Positions 39,257 through 49,846 of a DNA stretch of 53,617 bases are shown in pieces. The number at the start of each line of letters is the position of its first letter. Position 1 is the stretch's first letter. The DNA is from a virus (taxonomy: Duplodnaviria; Caudoviricetes). Under the pieces are notes generated by a model. It was given only the letters and a program-made list of their open reading frames with translations, did no database searches and was not told where the DNA came from. The position numbers were made by a program, and so were the translations under genes. The stretch lies in IMG/VR virus record IMGVR_UViG_3300024181_000006, positions 1 through 53,617 of that record, one strand, 5' to 3'.

Positions 39257-40167
39257 TATGAACTTACTCCCCATTTAGCAAGAATATATGCTTTCTGTTG
39301 TGTTACCTCTGATGCAGATAGAACTTTACCCCAGATATATATTCCAGCAATTCTACCTTTAAATCCACCAAATCCGCTAGATGGCCCAGGGGGAGATTGA
39401 CTATATCCACCAAGTAAAGAGCAGCTACCTCCATAATCAATATTCTGACTTGTTGTGCTAAATGTATAGGTGCTACTCGTAAAGAAATTCTCTGTATTAA
39501 TCCAGGCATTACAAGCTGTTCCATCTGCCTTAGTTTGAACCCTAAAAACACACCAGTTAGATACAGCAGTGCTAGGATTGCCCATATTGAATCTTGCAGC
39601 ACACCCCATTCCATTATAAACATTACCATCTTGAAATGGTGTATGCCATTCACCAAATGGTCCATTATTCTTATGAATCACCAAAGCAACTCCATTATTA
39701 GCACAAGGAGTAACATAGCTATTAAATCCAAGACTTGCACCATCAGGAGGGTCAAGGTCCTGTTTAAATACAAGCATAAATTCTACACCAGTAGGATAGT
39801 CAGTAGAACCTCCACTAGTTAATACACCATTACCAAGATGCCCATTACCTAGTGCACACTTTCCATTGAAGTAAACTACTGCATGACCATTAAGTAGATT
39901 TGTTTTATCAACAACTGGTATATCTCCACCAAATCCAGAATCCCAGAGATAGGCATTATCATTACTTAGTGCAGGCCATGCTCCAGTTGAGTCCCCATTA
40001 TTGTAGCTGTCAAATGAAGATGATTCCCAAGCTGCAACTAACGAAGATGTAACTAGGGTAGCAGCATTAGCCCCTTGTGACATGAAGGGATGGTCATTAA
40101 AGCTACCAAACTGAGCTTGTGCTTTAAGCCCTAACAGTAAGATACTAGATATAAGTAGTTTTCTCAC
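39256..40167 (-). CDS. Secreted LamG/ConA-like protein
   Basis: AQA signal cleavage site; LVAAWE, FKGRIAGIYIWGKVLSASE..YILAKWG. Confidence 0.75.
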   Translation of the reverse strand: MRKLLISSILLLGLKAQAQFGSFNDHPFMSQGANAATLVTSSLVAAWESSSFDSYNNGDSTGAWPALSNDNAYLWDSGFGGDIPVVDKTNLLNGHAVVYFNGKCALGNGHLGNGVLTSGGSTDYPTGVEFMLVFKQDLDPPDGASLGFNSYVTPCANNGVALVIHKNNGPFGEWHTPFQDGNVYNGMGCAARFNMGNPSTAVSNWCVFRVQTKADGTACNAWINTENFFTSSTYTFSTTSQNIDYGGSCSLLGGYSQSPPGPSSGFGGFKGRIAGIYIWGKVLSASEVTQQKAYILAKWGVSS

Positions 40168-40757
40168 GGTTGAACTGCTGTAACTAGATTAGAAGATGAC
40201 ATTCCTCTAGTTTGTCCTGAAATAATACCAACTTTTCCTGCACTTACATATATCTTATTAGTTGTATTAGGTCCAATAAGATGCCAAGGAAGAGTTGAAA
40301 GGTCACAGAAATGTGTTGCTGAATCTGAATTACTGAATTCAATAACTGACCAATTAATCAGATTGTTAGAGAGTCCTGCAATAGCAGTAATAGCAAAATC
40401 GTTATTGGTAGTGATGAATTGGTAAGGCTTAGAGAAATTCCAAGTTGACCCTGCTGCTAGAGGAAAAGCATTAGTTGTAAATTGAAGCTGATTGGTTACA
40501 GTTATATTGTTGAATGTTGCTTTGCCGGAAACAGAGATATTCTGATTAATAGTTACATTCGTGTTTACAGTAAGACTATCATATATAGTTACGTTGGAAA
40601 CACTGAATAAATTGAAAGTATTGTTGGTAAAGACTTGATTAAGAGTTGATGAAGAAATTATTGGTGTAACAGTAGGTCCAACATATACAGGAGTAAATGC
40701 TCCCAAACATGCAACAATGCAAATACCTAATCCAAAGCCTGTAAAAATCTGTTTCAT
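40164..40757 (-). CDS. Secreted/membrane-anchored Thr/Asn-rich beta protein
   Basis: Hydrophobic N-terminus; TN repeats. Confidence 0.65.
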   Translation of the reverse strand: MKQIFTGFGLGICIVACLGAFTPVYVGPTVTPIISSSTLNQVFTNNTFNLFSVSNVTIYDSLTVNTNVTINQNISVSGKATFNNITVTNQLQFTTNAFPLAAGSTWNFSKPYQFITTNNDFAITAIAGLSNNLINWSVIEFSNSDSATHFCDLSTLPWHLIGPNTTNKIYVSAGKVGIISGQTRGMSSSNLVTAVQP

Positions 40758-40768
40758 AAGTTTAAAGA

Positions 40769-40812
40769 GGGTGCTGCTACACCCACACGCTAATTAAGAT
40801 ATAGCAGCACCC
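40769..40812 (-). terminator. Terminator-like hairpin after the capsid and next gene
   Basis: 11-bp perfect stem GGGTGCTGCTA/TAGCAGCACCC followed by TCTTT on the - strand. Confidence 0.7.
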
Positions 40813-40833
40813 ATAGGAATCATTCCAGTCGGA

Positions 40834-41340
40834 CTAAGGACCGCCAGAACGATAATTCACTACAACTGCAACGTTTGTTCCGATACAGCGAACAGCTATA
40901 CCGTTAGCGAACAATGCATCAGTATTGTATACAGCATACGTTCCACCCGCTACAACTGCTCCAATCATCACAGGAAGAACGTTAGTGTTAGCTGCAACAG
41001 CGTTGTTGAGGGTCCATACTCCAGCATTAGTATACCAGTTGGTGTAACCATTATAGCCAACATAAGAGTAAACGTAATTTGTGGAATACGTTGACCGATT
41101 GGTATATGCAGAGTTGACGTAGTTTGTTCCGTAGTATGGTGCAGCTAATGAGGAGCTATCATAGAACTCCAACTGTGCATTTGCAGCAGCAGTAATCTCA
41201 ACAGAGTAGACGGAAGCTCTGTTGGTAGACATTAGGTATACACCATTTGTCGGAAGGTTTGTTGACAACACAGCAGCTTGAGTTGCTACACAAGCCAGCA
41301 GAAGTGCTGCCACCGTTGATAAACGAGAGAAGAATTTCAT
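40834..41340 (-). CDS. Signal-peptide protein co-transcribed with the major capsid (decoration-like)
   Basis: MKFFSRLSTVAALLLACVATQA; VYSVEI..FYD..LFANGIAV. Confidence 0.6.
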   Translation of the reverse strand: MKFFSRLSTVAALLLACVATQAAVLSTNLPTNGVYLMSTNRASVYSVEITAAANAQLEFYDSSSLAAPYYGTNYVNSAYTNRSTYSTNYVYSYVGYNGYTNWYTNAGVWTLNNAVAANTNVLPVMIGAVVAGGTYAVYNTDALFANGIAVRCIGTNVAVVVNYRSGGP

Positions 41341-41377
41341 AATCAGTTTAATTCCTTTCAGTGTTTCCTGAAGTTAA

Positions 41378-42676
41378 TTATTGACCCCTCTTCCGTTTGA
41401 AGTAGATGGGAATACCATAGCGAGGTTGCTTCGCAAGGTTGCCATAGGTGCATTGCGAGATGAACTTCAGATATTCACCATACTGGTTAGTTTCCCAGAA
41501 TAGATTACCTGCATCATCATAGCAAGGGATAAGGAAGTTCTTAGTGATTTCTACTTCACCATTCCAGAACATCTTACCGAAACCTTTAGGCATCCCATTT
41601 CCTGCAAATGCGGCAGGAGGAGGACCAACTTGAATCTGCTCATAACCTTCAGCACCCATAAAGAATGCCATTTCGTAAGGAGAACCATTGGCAGCATCCA
41701 ATAAGGTATAGAGAGGATTAGGAATAGATTCGCCAGCATTGTAAGCTGCTGGATTGAGTTCCCTTACTTCAGGAGCAGGGAAAGTTCCATCGGCTCGCAT
41801 CCTTAAGGGTTTATCCTCAAGAATACAAGTTAGGCGGCCAAACAATGAACCCTTGAATCGTCCATTAACTACATCAAGAGCGCAATTCTTGTTAGCTAAT
41901 AGCCAGGGGTCAAATGTGAACTGGTTGAATGCTTCACCAGAGGTAACAACAACATACTTATCAGACATGCCATCTTCACCTTTAGGAAGTCCGCTTCCTG
42001 AAAATGGAGGAATACGCTGATCAGTTTCAGCAGCCGTCAGAAGTTTGTTCAGGGATTCAAATGAAAGATATCCCCGACCACCAATGTTAGCTACAGTTGC
42101 TTGATTGAATGCTGTAGTCTTACCGTCTGTTCCAGCAGAATTACCAACACCTATTGGAGCAGCTTGAAGTTCGTTGTTCTGATTGTTTGTGGCATCAGTA
42201 ACCCAAACAAACGGTGAGCGATGGAATATACGTCCACGAGTGAAGATATCCTCAAATCGTTCCATCTTCTCCATAATATCCTTACCACATGCATCAACAT
42301 GGTCAGTAAGGAAGTCACGAAATGAGGGAACAAAGTTAAGAACATTTGATTCAAACCTGTGACGGTAAACCAGTTCATCAACTTTACGTTCGCGAACATC
42401 CATCACATCTTTCTTTGGTGCCGCTGAAATTTCAGCAGGGAAAGCAAACTGACGAATGTGCGGTGAAGGTTCCTTTGTAACACTTCTCATGGTAGGACCC
42501 ATATTAGGTGTCCATTTCTTCTTACCAAGAAAACGTGCCCAAGTAACCCATGTCTTACGACGGTCAACTTGCATCTTAGCTAGATAGAAATCTAACCTAT
42601 TATACAAGTTTACGTCTTGTTCAGTCCAGCCTGAGCAAATATTCGCATCTACGGCCGGAATTTGTGCTAATGGCAT
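41378..42676 (-). CDS. Major capsid protein
   Basis: 432 aa downstream of portal and scaffold; dedicated promoter and downstream terminator. Confidence 0.8.
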   Translation of the reverse strand: MPLAQIPAVDANICSGWTEQDVNLYNRLDFYLAKMQVDRRKTWVTWARFLGKKKWTPNMGPTMRSVTKEPSPHIRQFAFPAEISAAPKKDVMDVRERKVDELVYRHRFESNVLNFVPSFRDFLTDHVDACGKDIMEKMERFEDIFTRGRIFHRSPFVWVTDATNNQNNELQAAPIGVGNSAGTDGKTTAFNQATVANIGGRGYLSFESLNKLLTAAETDQRIPPFSGSGLPKGEDGMSDKYVVVTSGEAFNQFTFDPWLLANKNCALDVVNGRFKGSLFGRLTCILEDKPLRMRADGTFPAPEVRELNPAAYNAGESIPNPLYTLLDAANGSPYEMAFFMGAEGYEQIQVGPPPAAFAGNGMPKGFGKMFWNGEVEITKNFLIPCYDDAGNLFWETNQYGEYLKFISQCTYGNLAKQPRYGIPIYFKRKRGQ

Positions 42677-42800
42677 AAGTTTTGTAACAAAACAGTTATA
42701 AGGTAGAATTAACGATACCTCAGCGTTTGTTCTAGGCCCAGAAGAACTAAAAAAGAAGCCTGTAACCGTGCCCTAACGGTCGTAGAAGCAGGTTACAGGT

Positions 42801-42817
42801 AGCAGGTTTCGTGCCAA
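42801..42817 (-). promoter_or_regulatory. sigma54 promoter P4 (capsid)
   Basis: TTGGCACGAAACCTGCT on the - strand, 125 bp upstream of the MCP start. Confidence 0.9.
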
Positions 42818-42823
42818 GTTATC

Positions 42824-43432
42824 TCAAGGTTGAGATAGCTCAGTTCTCGGTAATGAGATATGCTTATTATGAAGTAAATGTCTAAGAACTTTACCAGTAG
42901 TTCTGGTATCGTATAGAGCATCATGCGCATCTGTCATCTTTAATCCAAGAAGTATCTCAGCAGCTTCCTCTAATTTAGGCCATTTAGGTCTATTAGAGCC
43001 TTGCTGCTTAAGACCACATATCTTAGTGGATGCTAGCATAGTGCAGATTCCCGAAGTGCCGTTCTCAATGTTGTATAATGGCCTACCTGTTATCATCACC
43101 TCTGTAGCAAGCAGATATGAATCAAACTTAAGTCCGTGAGCTACAACATAATCTGCAAGTTTTGAGAATTCATCGAAGATAGTTAGAGCAGATTCTATAG
43201 GTATACCATACTTCTGACACTTCTCTAATGATATACCATGCCTCGACTCAGCATTAGGAGACATGTTAACTCCTGGTGGAAGTTTAATTAAGGAGCAAAA
43301 TGCAGCAACTTCATCAAACTCTGGGGTTAGAAGAGTGCAAGCTAATTGCACAATTCTAGCTTTAGACATTCCCGGATTAGGTGCTCCCCAATCAGGTAAG
43401 TCTGTAGTTTCCGTATCAAATACAAGAAACAT
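42824..43432 (-). CDS. DEDDh 3'-5' exonuclease (DnaQ-like)
   Basis: FDTETT, AHGLKFD, ICTM, WPKLEE, AHDALYD. Confidence 0.92.
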   Translation of the reverse strand: MFLVFDTETTDLPDWGAPNPGMSKARIVQLACTLLTPEFDEVAAFCSLIKLPPGVNMSPNAESRHGISLEKCQKYGIPIESALTIFDEFSKLADYVVAHGLKFDSYLLATEVMITGRPLYNIENGTSGICTMLASTKICGLKQQGSNRPKWPKLEEAAEILLGLKMTDAHDALYDTRTTGKVLRHLLHNKHISLPRTELSQP

Positions 43433-43434
43433 GG

Positions 43435-44760
43435 CTACTCACTCTCCTTAACTCTATTGAAGTCATCCATTGATACTTCATTTCCCTTCCCCTTCTCTCC
43501 ACCACCAGTATCAGCACCAACATCTGCTACTGTAGGTCCTGCTCTACGTTGCTGTTTAACTACAGAAGCAGGTTTACCGTTAGGTGCAGTTGTAGTTTGA
43601 GTTCCCTGTTGTTGAATCACTCCACCAACTTTACCTGAATTCTGCGTGATGAGAGTTGCAAGATGAACATTAGTTGCAATAGATTTTGCCAGAGTTTTTG
43701 CAAGCGGATGATTCTTGAATTCAGGAGGAAACTCATCCATAATTGACTTGAGTTGTGGAGTAAACTGTTTACCTTGCTCAGTATCAAAGTGTGCAAATGC
43801 TTTGGATTCATAATTGTTAAGCCATCCAAGAGCATTTGTATGTCTACCTTTAAAGGTTTCCTTGATTGCTTCAGCTTTACCAGCAACCTTGAATACTTGC
43901 TGTTGAGCATTATTAACAATCTGAAGAATGTTCATTTCAGCATCCTTATCAGCAGGTTGTTTACCTGTGATTGCTAATTGTCCATGCTGATTGTAGCCAA
44001 GAACATTAAATTCGGTAGCACCATCCCGAACTTTCTTATATTGGTCTTGCCAATGTGCAAGAATAGCTTGAGCTTGACTTGTTAAGTTTTCAGCTTGTTG
44101 ATATTCAGGGTCAAGAACGAATCCGTAGGGATTATCATAATAGGAATCAGGTATCGCACCTTTGCGAAGTCTTTCAAGTTCTTGTTCCTGCGCAGCAGTT
44201 TTCTCTTTTAAGGTTTTATGTTCGAGAACAATAGGTTTAACCTTATCGAATGCAGCACGACTCATATCCTTCTGAAAATGAGGCACTAATTCTTCAGGTA
44301 ATCCTGTAAGGTCCCTTGATTTAAGGTCTTGCTCTACCTTCTGTTTGAGCGTCGCTTTAGTAACTTGCTGAGTTTTATCTTGAGTTTCGGCGGGCTTTTG
44401 AACTTCACCTTCAGGAGTTTCTTTAGCCTTCTGTTTCTGTATTTCATCTGTTGGTTCCCCTGTATCCTTTATCTTAAGGAATTCAGTGAAATCAGTAACC
44501 TTCTCTTGTTCTACAGCGGGAGTTTCCTCTGTAACGGGAGACTGTTCATCAGTAGGTGTTGGTGGTGTTTGTTCATCAACTTGAGTTTCATTTTCAGATT
44601 CATCTACAGTTGGCGCATCTGCCATTGTAGCAGGTTTAGGAGCTACTCGTGGTGCATGAGTGGGTGCAGCCATCTGAGTAATAATTCCTCCATCAGGAGA
44701 AATCTCCATTCCTTCGTCTGTTTTAGGTTGATGACTAGCGCGTGTTGGTGTTTCGGCCAT
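43435..44760 (-). CDS. Capsid scaffolding protein
   Basis: Acidic, disordered N-terminus and coiled coil; lies between portal and MCP. Confidence 0.65.
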   Translation of the reverse strand: MAETPTRASHQPKTDEGMEISPDGGIITQMAAPTHAPRVAPKPATMADAPTVDESENETQVDEQTPPTPTDEQSPVTEETPAVEQEKVTDFTEFLKIKDTGEPTDEIQKQKAKETPEGEVQKPAETQDKTQQVTKATLKQKVEQDLKSRDLTGLPEELVPHFQKDMSRAAFDKVKPIVLEHKTLKEKTAAQEQELERLRKGAIPDSYYDNPYGFVLDPEYQQAENLTSQAQAILAHWQDQYKKVRDGATEFNVLGYNQHGQLAITGKQPADKDAEMNILQIVNNAQQQVFKVAGKAEAIKETFKGRHTNALGWLNNYESKAFAHFDTEQGKQFTPQLKSIMDEFPPEFKNHPLAKTLAKSIATNVHLATLITQNSGKVGGVIQQQGTQTTTAPNGKPASVVKQQRRAGPTVADVGADTGGGEKGKGNEVSMDDFNRVKESE

Positions 44761-45076
44761 AATGATGTATTAGGTTACGGAGTTCACTTGCTTTGTTTAA
44801 TAGTTGAATTATTCTCCACGGATTTTGATGTGAAGAGAATGATGTAGCTAACTTCATAGCTTCATTTATGGATTCCTCAACTTGAGAACCCAAATCTTTT
44901 AAAAGTGCAGATGTAACTGGCGATTGTAACCAGTTAATTCTTTCCTGTGCTGAAGCCGCATCTTCTGCCGGCGAGACGTTATTTGTTGGCTTAGCCTCTA
45001 ACTCAGGGAGATTCAATTTTTCCCTATCTTGCGGAGTTAGAGATATTGCGTCGGAGTATATCTTACCGAATTTCAT
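44735..45076 (-). CDS. Hypothetical head-module protein
   Basis: 113 aa directly after the portal. Confidence 0.6.
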   Translation of the reverse strand: MKFGKIYSDAISLTPQDREKLNLPELEAKPTNNVSPAEDAASAQERINWLQSPVTSALLKDLGSQVEESINEAMKLATSFSSHQNPWRIIQLLNKASELRNLIHHYGRNTNTR

Positions 45077-45088
45077 AGCGTGTGATGT

Positions 45089-47101
45089 TTATTGTTGAGG
45101 AACTGGCTGACTTTGCTGCTGTTGAGGAGAACTTCCAGGAGAAGGAACACCAGATAATTGTCCAGCTTGCATAATCATCTGCTGTAACTGTTGCTTCTCA
45201 TCTGGATTGATTGTCTGAAGAATGTCTGGATGCTGTTGAAGTATTGCACCAGTGATGTGAGCTAATCCACCAAGCAATCCTTTCATCTGCTGTATCTGGT
45301 CCATCTGCCCAAGTATCTCAGCATATTGTTCACCAGTATCAGGATACTCAAGTTTCATTAAATCCTGAAGGAATCTGGTAGCAAGAGGAGTATTTTGAAT
45401 TACAGGCCAATCTTGCTTCATCTGCTGAATCTTCTCAGCACGTTGAACAACATCAACATCTCCTGCCGCTCTTAGTTCCCAAGTTTGAGATATAGTGTCT
45501 ATATCATTAACAAACTGAGGATTATCCTGACCAGGAGGCATCTGAGGATTGAACTGAGGATTAGGAATCAATAGAAACTTAATCTCTCCCTGCAAAGCTT
45601 GACTTTGCACAATAAGCCAAGCAAAAGAGTAAACTTCTCGAATATGTGTGCTATACAGAGTTAGCTGAACACTATTCAATATCTGTTGTTGACTCTGTGC
45701 AGCAGATATTTCTGTAGCTGTTTTGCGGGAATCTTGACGATTCATTGTCGCAAAGTTGACTTGATTGGTTTCCTCCGAATTGGCGGAATCCATGTATTCA
45801 AGTGCTTTGATAGTTTCAGGTGGAGGATAAGGAGGACTCCAGAACTGGATAGGTTTAGACATATACCTACCACCACGAATAACTAAATCCTCATACTCCT
45901 TTAGAGATGAACCTGTTCCATCCTCTTGAGCAGGACTAGCATAAATATTTGAAGAACGAGTAAGACCATTAATGTAGCCAGAAAGAATGGCCGTTTGAGA
46001 TTCTTGTTTGGGTTCATCATAGAAACATCTTCCCTTCTTATCTACCTCTTTAGGCTCCTCAGATTCACGATATGGAAGTAGAAATAGAGGATACTCAAGT
46101 AGAGGTGACTCTTCCCATTGCTCCTGCATTTGAGTAATAGGTGGCTGAGGTATCATTGCAATACCAGCAGGAGTTTGCATTGGCATATCAGGTTGAGGAA
46201 CCTGCACAGGCACCTGAACTTTATGTTTGATACCAACATAATGTTTCTCAGGCTGCTTAAGCCAGTCATCTACTTGGTCTGTAGTTGCAAACCATGAAAC
46301 ATATACTATACCCTCTTTCTTAAAGAATAGTTTATAGATACGAACAGTTTCATTCTCTTTCTGTGTATCTTTTCTGGAAGCAAGAAGTTTATTAACTTGT
46401 GCCTCATCAAATCCGAAATTTCTAACCCACTCACGAAGTTTGGTAATAGTTACATCATATGCACGAATGATTCGCGGCGCATCTCTTAAATTCTCGACTG
46501 TTCTGCCCCAAAACAGTTTATCATGTGCGACATACTCTAACCCAACATTTAAGGGTTTGGAAGAATCGAACACAACTTCAAGAGCAGCCCATCCATGTGC
46601 AGCAGAACCATCAATCTCTTTGAAGTGTGACTTCTCCCATGCAGTGTAAGTCATTCCTCTAGCAAAATCTGATTCAATTGCTTGAGGATCTTTCCCTGGA
46701 ACAGTTAAACAAAAGAATGTTGCTATCCTTCTTGAATTCTTAAGATAGTTGACATAAGCTGGAAGTTCCCTCTGTATATTAGTGTCAATAGTCCTTACAG
46801 GAACAATGGTTTCATCCTCATCCAAATCACCCTTCTGACGCAAACCTTCAACATCTAACTCAACTTTCCTTGTTTTGCGGCGCACTTCTGTATCTTCGAC
46901 TTCTGTATTCCAATCATCGATGATACGCTTAAGATGCACATATGCTTCAGACCAAGCATAAAGCTTCTCTTGTTCTGTATCAGAACCTGGAGGTGGCTCA
47001 GGTTTACCTGTTAGGGAATTTGGTAAATCCTGTAATCCAGCAGAAGTATTAATACTTCCAGGCTGTTGATGTTCACCTGGCCCGATATATTCTGGGTTCA
47101 T
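45089..47101 (-). CDS. Portal protein
   Basis: 670 aa downstream of TerL; KTATEI motif; Q/P-rich C-terminus. Confidence 0.8.
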   Translation of the reverse strand: MNPEYIGPGEHQQPGSINTSAGLQDLPNSLTGKPEPPPGSDTEQEKLYAWSEAYVHLKRIIDDWNTEVEDTEVRRKTRKVELDVEGLRQKGDLDEDETIVPVRTIDTNIQRELPAYVNYLKNSRRIATFFCLTVPGKDPQAIESDFARGMTYTAWEKSHFKEIDGSAAHGWAALEVVFDSSKPLNVGLEYVAHDKLFWGRTVENLRDAPRIIRAYDVTITKLREWVRNFGFDEAQVNKLLASRKDTQKENETVRIYKLFFKKEGIVYVSWFATTDQVDDWLKQPEKHYVGIKHKVQVPVQVPQPDMPMQTPAGIAMIPQPPITQMQEQWEESPLLEYPLFLLPYRESEEPKEVDKKGRCFYDEPKQESQTAILSGYINGLTRSSNIYASPAQEDGTGSSLKEYEDLVIRGGRYMSKPIQFWSPPYPPPETIKALEYMDSANSEETNQVNFATMNRQDSRKTATEISAAQSQQQILNSVQLTLYSTHIREVYSFAWLIVQSQALQGEIKFLLIPNPQFNPQMPPGQDNPQFVNDIDTISQTWELRAAGDVDVVQRAEKIQQMKQDWPVIQNTPLATRFLQDLMKLEYPDTGEQYAEILGQMDQIQQMKGLLGGLAHITGAILQQHPDILQTINPDEKQQLQQMIMQAGQLSGVPSPGSSPQQQQSQPVPQQ

Positions 47102-48009
47102 TTAGAGTTTTGCTTTGCGTGATGGTTTAACTGAGGAAAGACTAGGTTGCATCGATGGTGTAGCAAGTGGATGATAATTGGGATGACCTGCATGTCGAAG
47201 TTCCTTCTGTATTGTGGAGTCGAACTTCTTCTTACTCATTAGGTTGAATTTCTTCATATTTACGATGCTTAATTTCTTGTGGTGAGTTACCAACTACAGG
47301 TATACTACAACCTGTTACGAATATCATTGTAAGCATACCACATACCATTACGATACGCACCATTGATATCATCTCCCGCTGCTGCCCATTCATGAGACGA
47401 CTTATCAGCAAGGTAAGCTTGCTCATTGACATAATCAATAAGTTCCTGCTTCTCCTTCTTCGTTGTCGTCGTCAACATCTTCTTTCTTTTTGTTCTCGAA
47501 ATCTTCGATAGTGACATTATTTTCAGCCACCTCTCGAAGTTTGTTGGCTTTCGCATGGAAGTAATCTCCTAAGTCACGAAGTTGTGATATGGTTAACTCA
47601 TCATGAATCTTCTCACAGTAATCTTGAACTTCTTTTGGAAGTCTATCAATGGAGCCGTATTCAGATGGGAATGATGTTGGTGCAGATTCAAGTGTAGCAT
47701 TCATAATTTTGGTATTTTGATTTCTATATGTTTACAAGGAGATTCAGTAACATTTGTTCCTTCTCCACCACTAAACAGTCTTTTAGCTGTGTCAGTGCAT
47801 TCACATTCAAATTTGTGCCATAAGTCACCAGTCAATTCTTGAATAAACATTGGAGGACTTTCAAATCTAATTCTTTTGAATGGTGGTTGTGCTGTTAATG
47901 CTTCAGCAATAAACTTAACTTTATCTCCAAAGTAATTAGGAATGTATGAATTATCGTCTAGTTTAAGAAAGATATCCCTTGTTGCAAATGATTTAAGCGT
48001 GATTTCCAT
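47102..48009 (-). other. Small hypothetical genes (47701..48009, 47435..47704, 47232..47438, probably 47102..~47240)
   Basis: Coupled - strand ORFs between TerL and portal. Confidence 0.55.
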
Positions 48010-48023
48010 AAGCGTGTGTTTGA

Positions 48024-49733
48024 TTAATTGTTATTCATGGCAACAGAAATAGACCCTCTAACTCTACCTTTACTACCTGTCTTTTCTTTCATATTGTCAT
48101 AGTTTGAGTATGTTACTGAGTTCTCAAAGTGTTCATATGCAGCTTGCATAGTATCGAACTTCTCTTTCTGTCTATCATCTTTCTTCTCGGGTCTATCAAG
48201 AGAAAGGAAGTCATCTAGTGTAAGTCCAGTGTATGCTAGTATAAGTCCGTCTGCTCTGTCTGGGGAAGGTCGTCCTTCTGCTTTAGCTTCTTTCTTCGAT
48301 TCAAGAAATAATCTTCCGCTTGTATTCGTTTTCTTATAATGGCGAGTATAAAGTTGTTCGCGGCACAAAGGAGAAATAGTTGTAACATCAAAAAAACGCT
48401 CTTCGAGAATTCTAGAGAAACGATACCAATTCTCGGCTCCTTTATTACCATATAGCTTTTTAGAGACAGCAGGAGATTGATTAAGCACACGATTGATATT
48501 CCAACCCATATGCACGAGTTTATCAATAATAGCGCGTCCAACACCTCCATCATCCGCATAAATATACTTGTGGATTTTCGCGATTCCATATGTTTTAAGC
48601 TCCTTATCGATACGTAAAGCTGTAACTTCAGTATCTACTTCTCGAAATGCTATTTCTTTCTTGCACTTGTTACCATTACAGAATAGAATTGTATTTTCAT
48701 CACCGCCAGCAGCTAAGTCTATTCCAACTCTATCTTCCGGCAAAGCAGTATGTTCTTGAGGGTTGTTCTTAAAGAGTGCAAGTAAATCATCAATAAGTTT
48801 CTGAGGAATAACAGTTTCACCCGAAAGGGAAGTGAAGAGTGCAAGATAGATAGACCTGAATAGAGCAGAATTTTCACCCAAATCAATCTTGGCCTGCTCA
48901 ATTTCATCTTTGGAAATATGAGGACAATCATAAGATGTAACTCTTCTAGTGTTCTTCCAGTTAGTATAAGCTTTATAGAAATCTCCAGCAGGTTCACCTG
49001 CACTAGATATCTCAAACCAGTAGTTGTATCCAGTGCATCTCCTAAGTGCTCCATGAATCTCAGGAACTACAGATTTAGCTTCGTTGACTATAATAGTCAT
49101 CTCAGCATTAGGTTCTAGAGGATGATATCCTTCAGCTTTACCTGCTTCATCAGTAGCAAACAAACGAATCTCAGAACCCGATAGCATACATTTGATATAT
49201 CGCTGTCTAATTCTGAATATCTCACAACCATGAAAATCATTAACCTTCCTGCATAAAGATGCAATGTAGTTCTCAGTTTGACCTGTAAGCTGAACCCCCG
49301 AAGCAGAAGTTATGATACATCTAGACTTAATCTTTGATGCACAGAACCACGCTGCCCATCCTGCAATGATGAATGCATCTTTACCAGAACCATTGCATGT
49401 TAGTAAACAGAATCTATATGGATGCTGAGATGTAGACTTTGCCCCCGCAGCAGATTCATGAAACTCTGTTTGCCATTTGTGAAGGGTTACTGTTCCATTT
49501 GCTATTGACTTATCGTAGAACGCAAGAAATAGCGCCGGGTCGGGAAACTCTAGAACTTGATATTCTCCTTTAAGTGGGCCATCGCTATCTATGTAATCAC
49601 CTGGATATTGTTTCTCTGGAGAAGGTGTCTGCCCTATAGACGATTCTACGGTAATAGCCTCCTTTGCTAAGTCACGCATTAGACCATTGTTCGGAGCCTC
49701 TCCAGAGAAATTAGAAATTAAAAGTTCACTCAT
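48024..49733 (-). CDS. terL: Terminase large subunit
   Basis: LHKWQ, CNGSGKD, IIVNEA, GIDLAAGGDEN, DDGGVG, SPDRADG. Confidence 0.93.
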   Translation of the reverse strand: MSELLISNFSGEAPNNGLMRDLAKEAITVESSIGQTPSPEKQYPGDYIDSDGPLKGEYQVLEFPDPALFLAFYDKSIANGTVTLHKWQTEFHESAAGAKSTSQHPYRFCLLTCNGSGKDAFIIAGWAAWFCASKIKSRCIITSASGVQLTGQTENYIASLCRKVNDFHGCEIFRIRQRYIKCMLSGSEIRLFATDEAGKAEGYHPLEPNAEMTIIVNEAKSVVPEIHGALRRCTGYNYWFEISSAGEPAGDFYKAYTNWKNTRRVTSYDCPHISKDEIEQAKIDLGENSALFRSIYLALFTSLSGETVIPQKLIDDLLALFKNNPQEHTALPEDRVGIDLAAGGDENTILFCNGNKCKKEIAFREVDTEVTALRIDKELKTYGIAKIHKYIYADDGGVGRAIIDKLVHMGWNINRVLNQSPAVSKKLYGNKGAENWYRFSRILEERFFDVTTISPLCREQLYTRHYKKTNTSGRLFLESKKEAKAEGRPSPDRADGLILAYTGLTLDDFLSLDRPEKKDDRQKEKFDTMQAAYEHFENSVTYSNYDNMKEKTGSKGRVRGSISVAMNNN

Positions 49734-49846
49734 GGCTCACCCCATCTAGACAAGATAGGCGAATGTATTCAGATGGCGTGGCATACTCAGTAACAACAAT
49801 CGCGGTTCCAGAACTAACAAGTCTGACACATTGGCCATGAGTAAAT

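Noticed and set aside
23324-48759. Many + strand ORFs within the late arm, and alternate-frame ORFs inside the helicase, polymerase and terminase
   Set aside because: Shadow frames of long genuine genes, with no motifs
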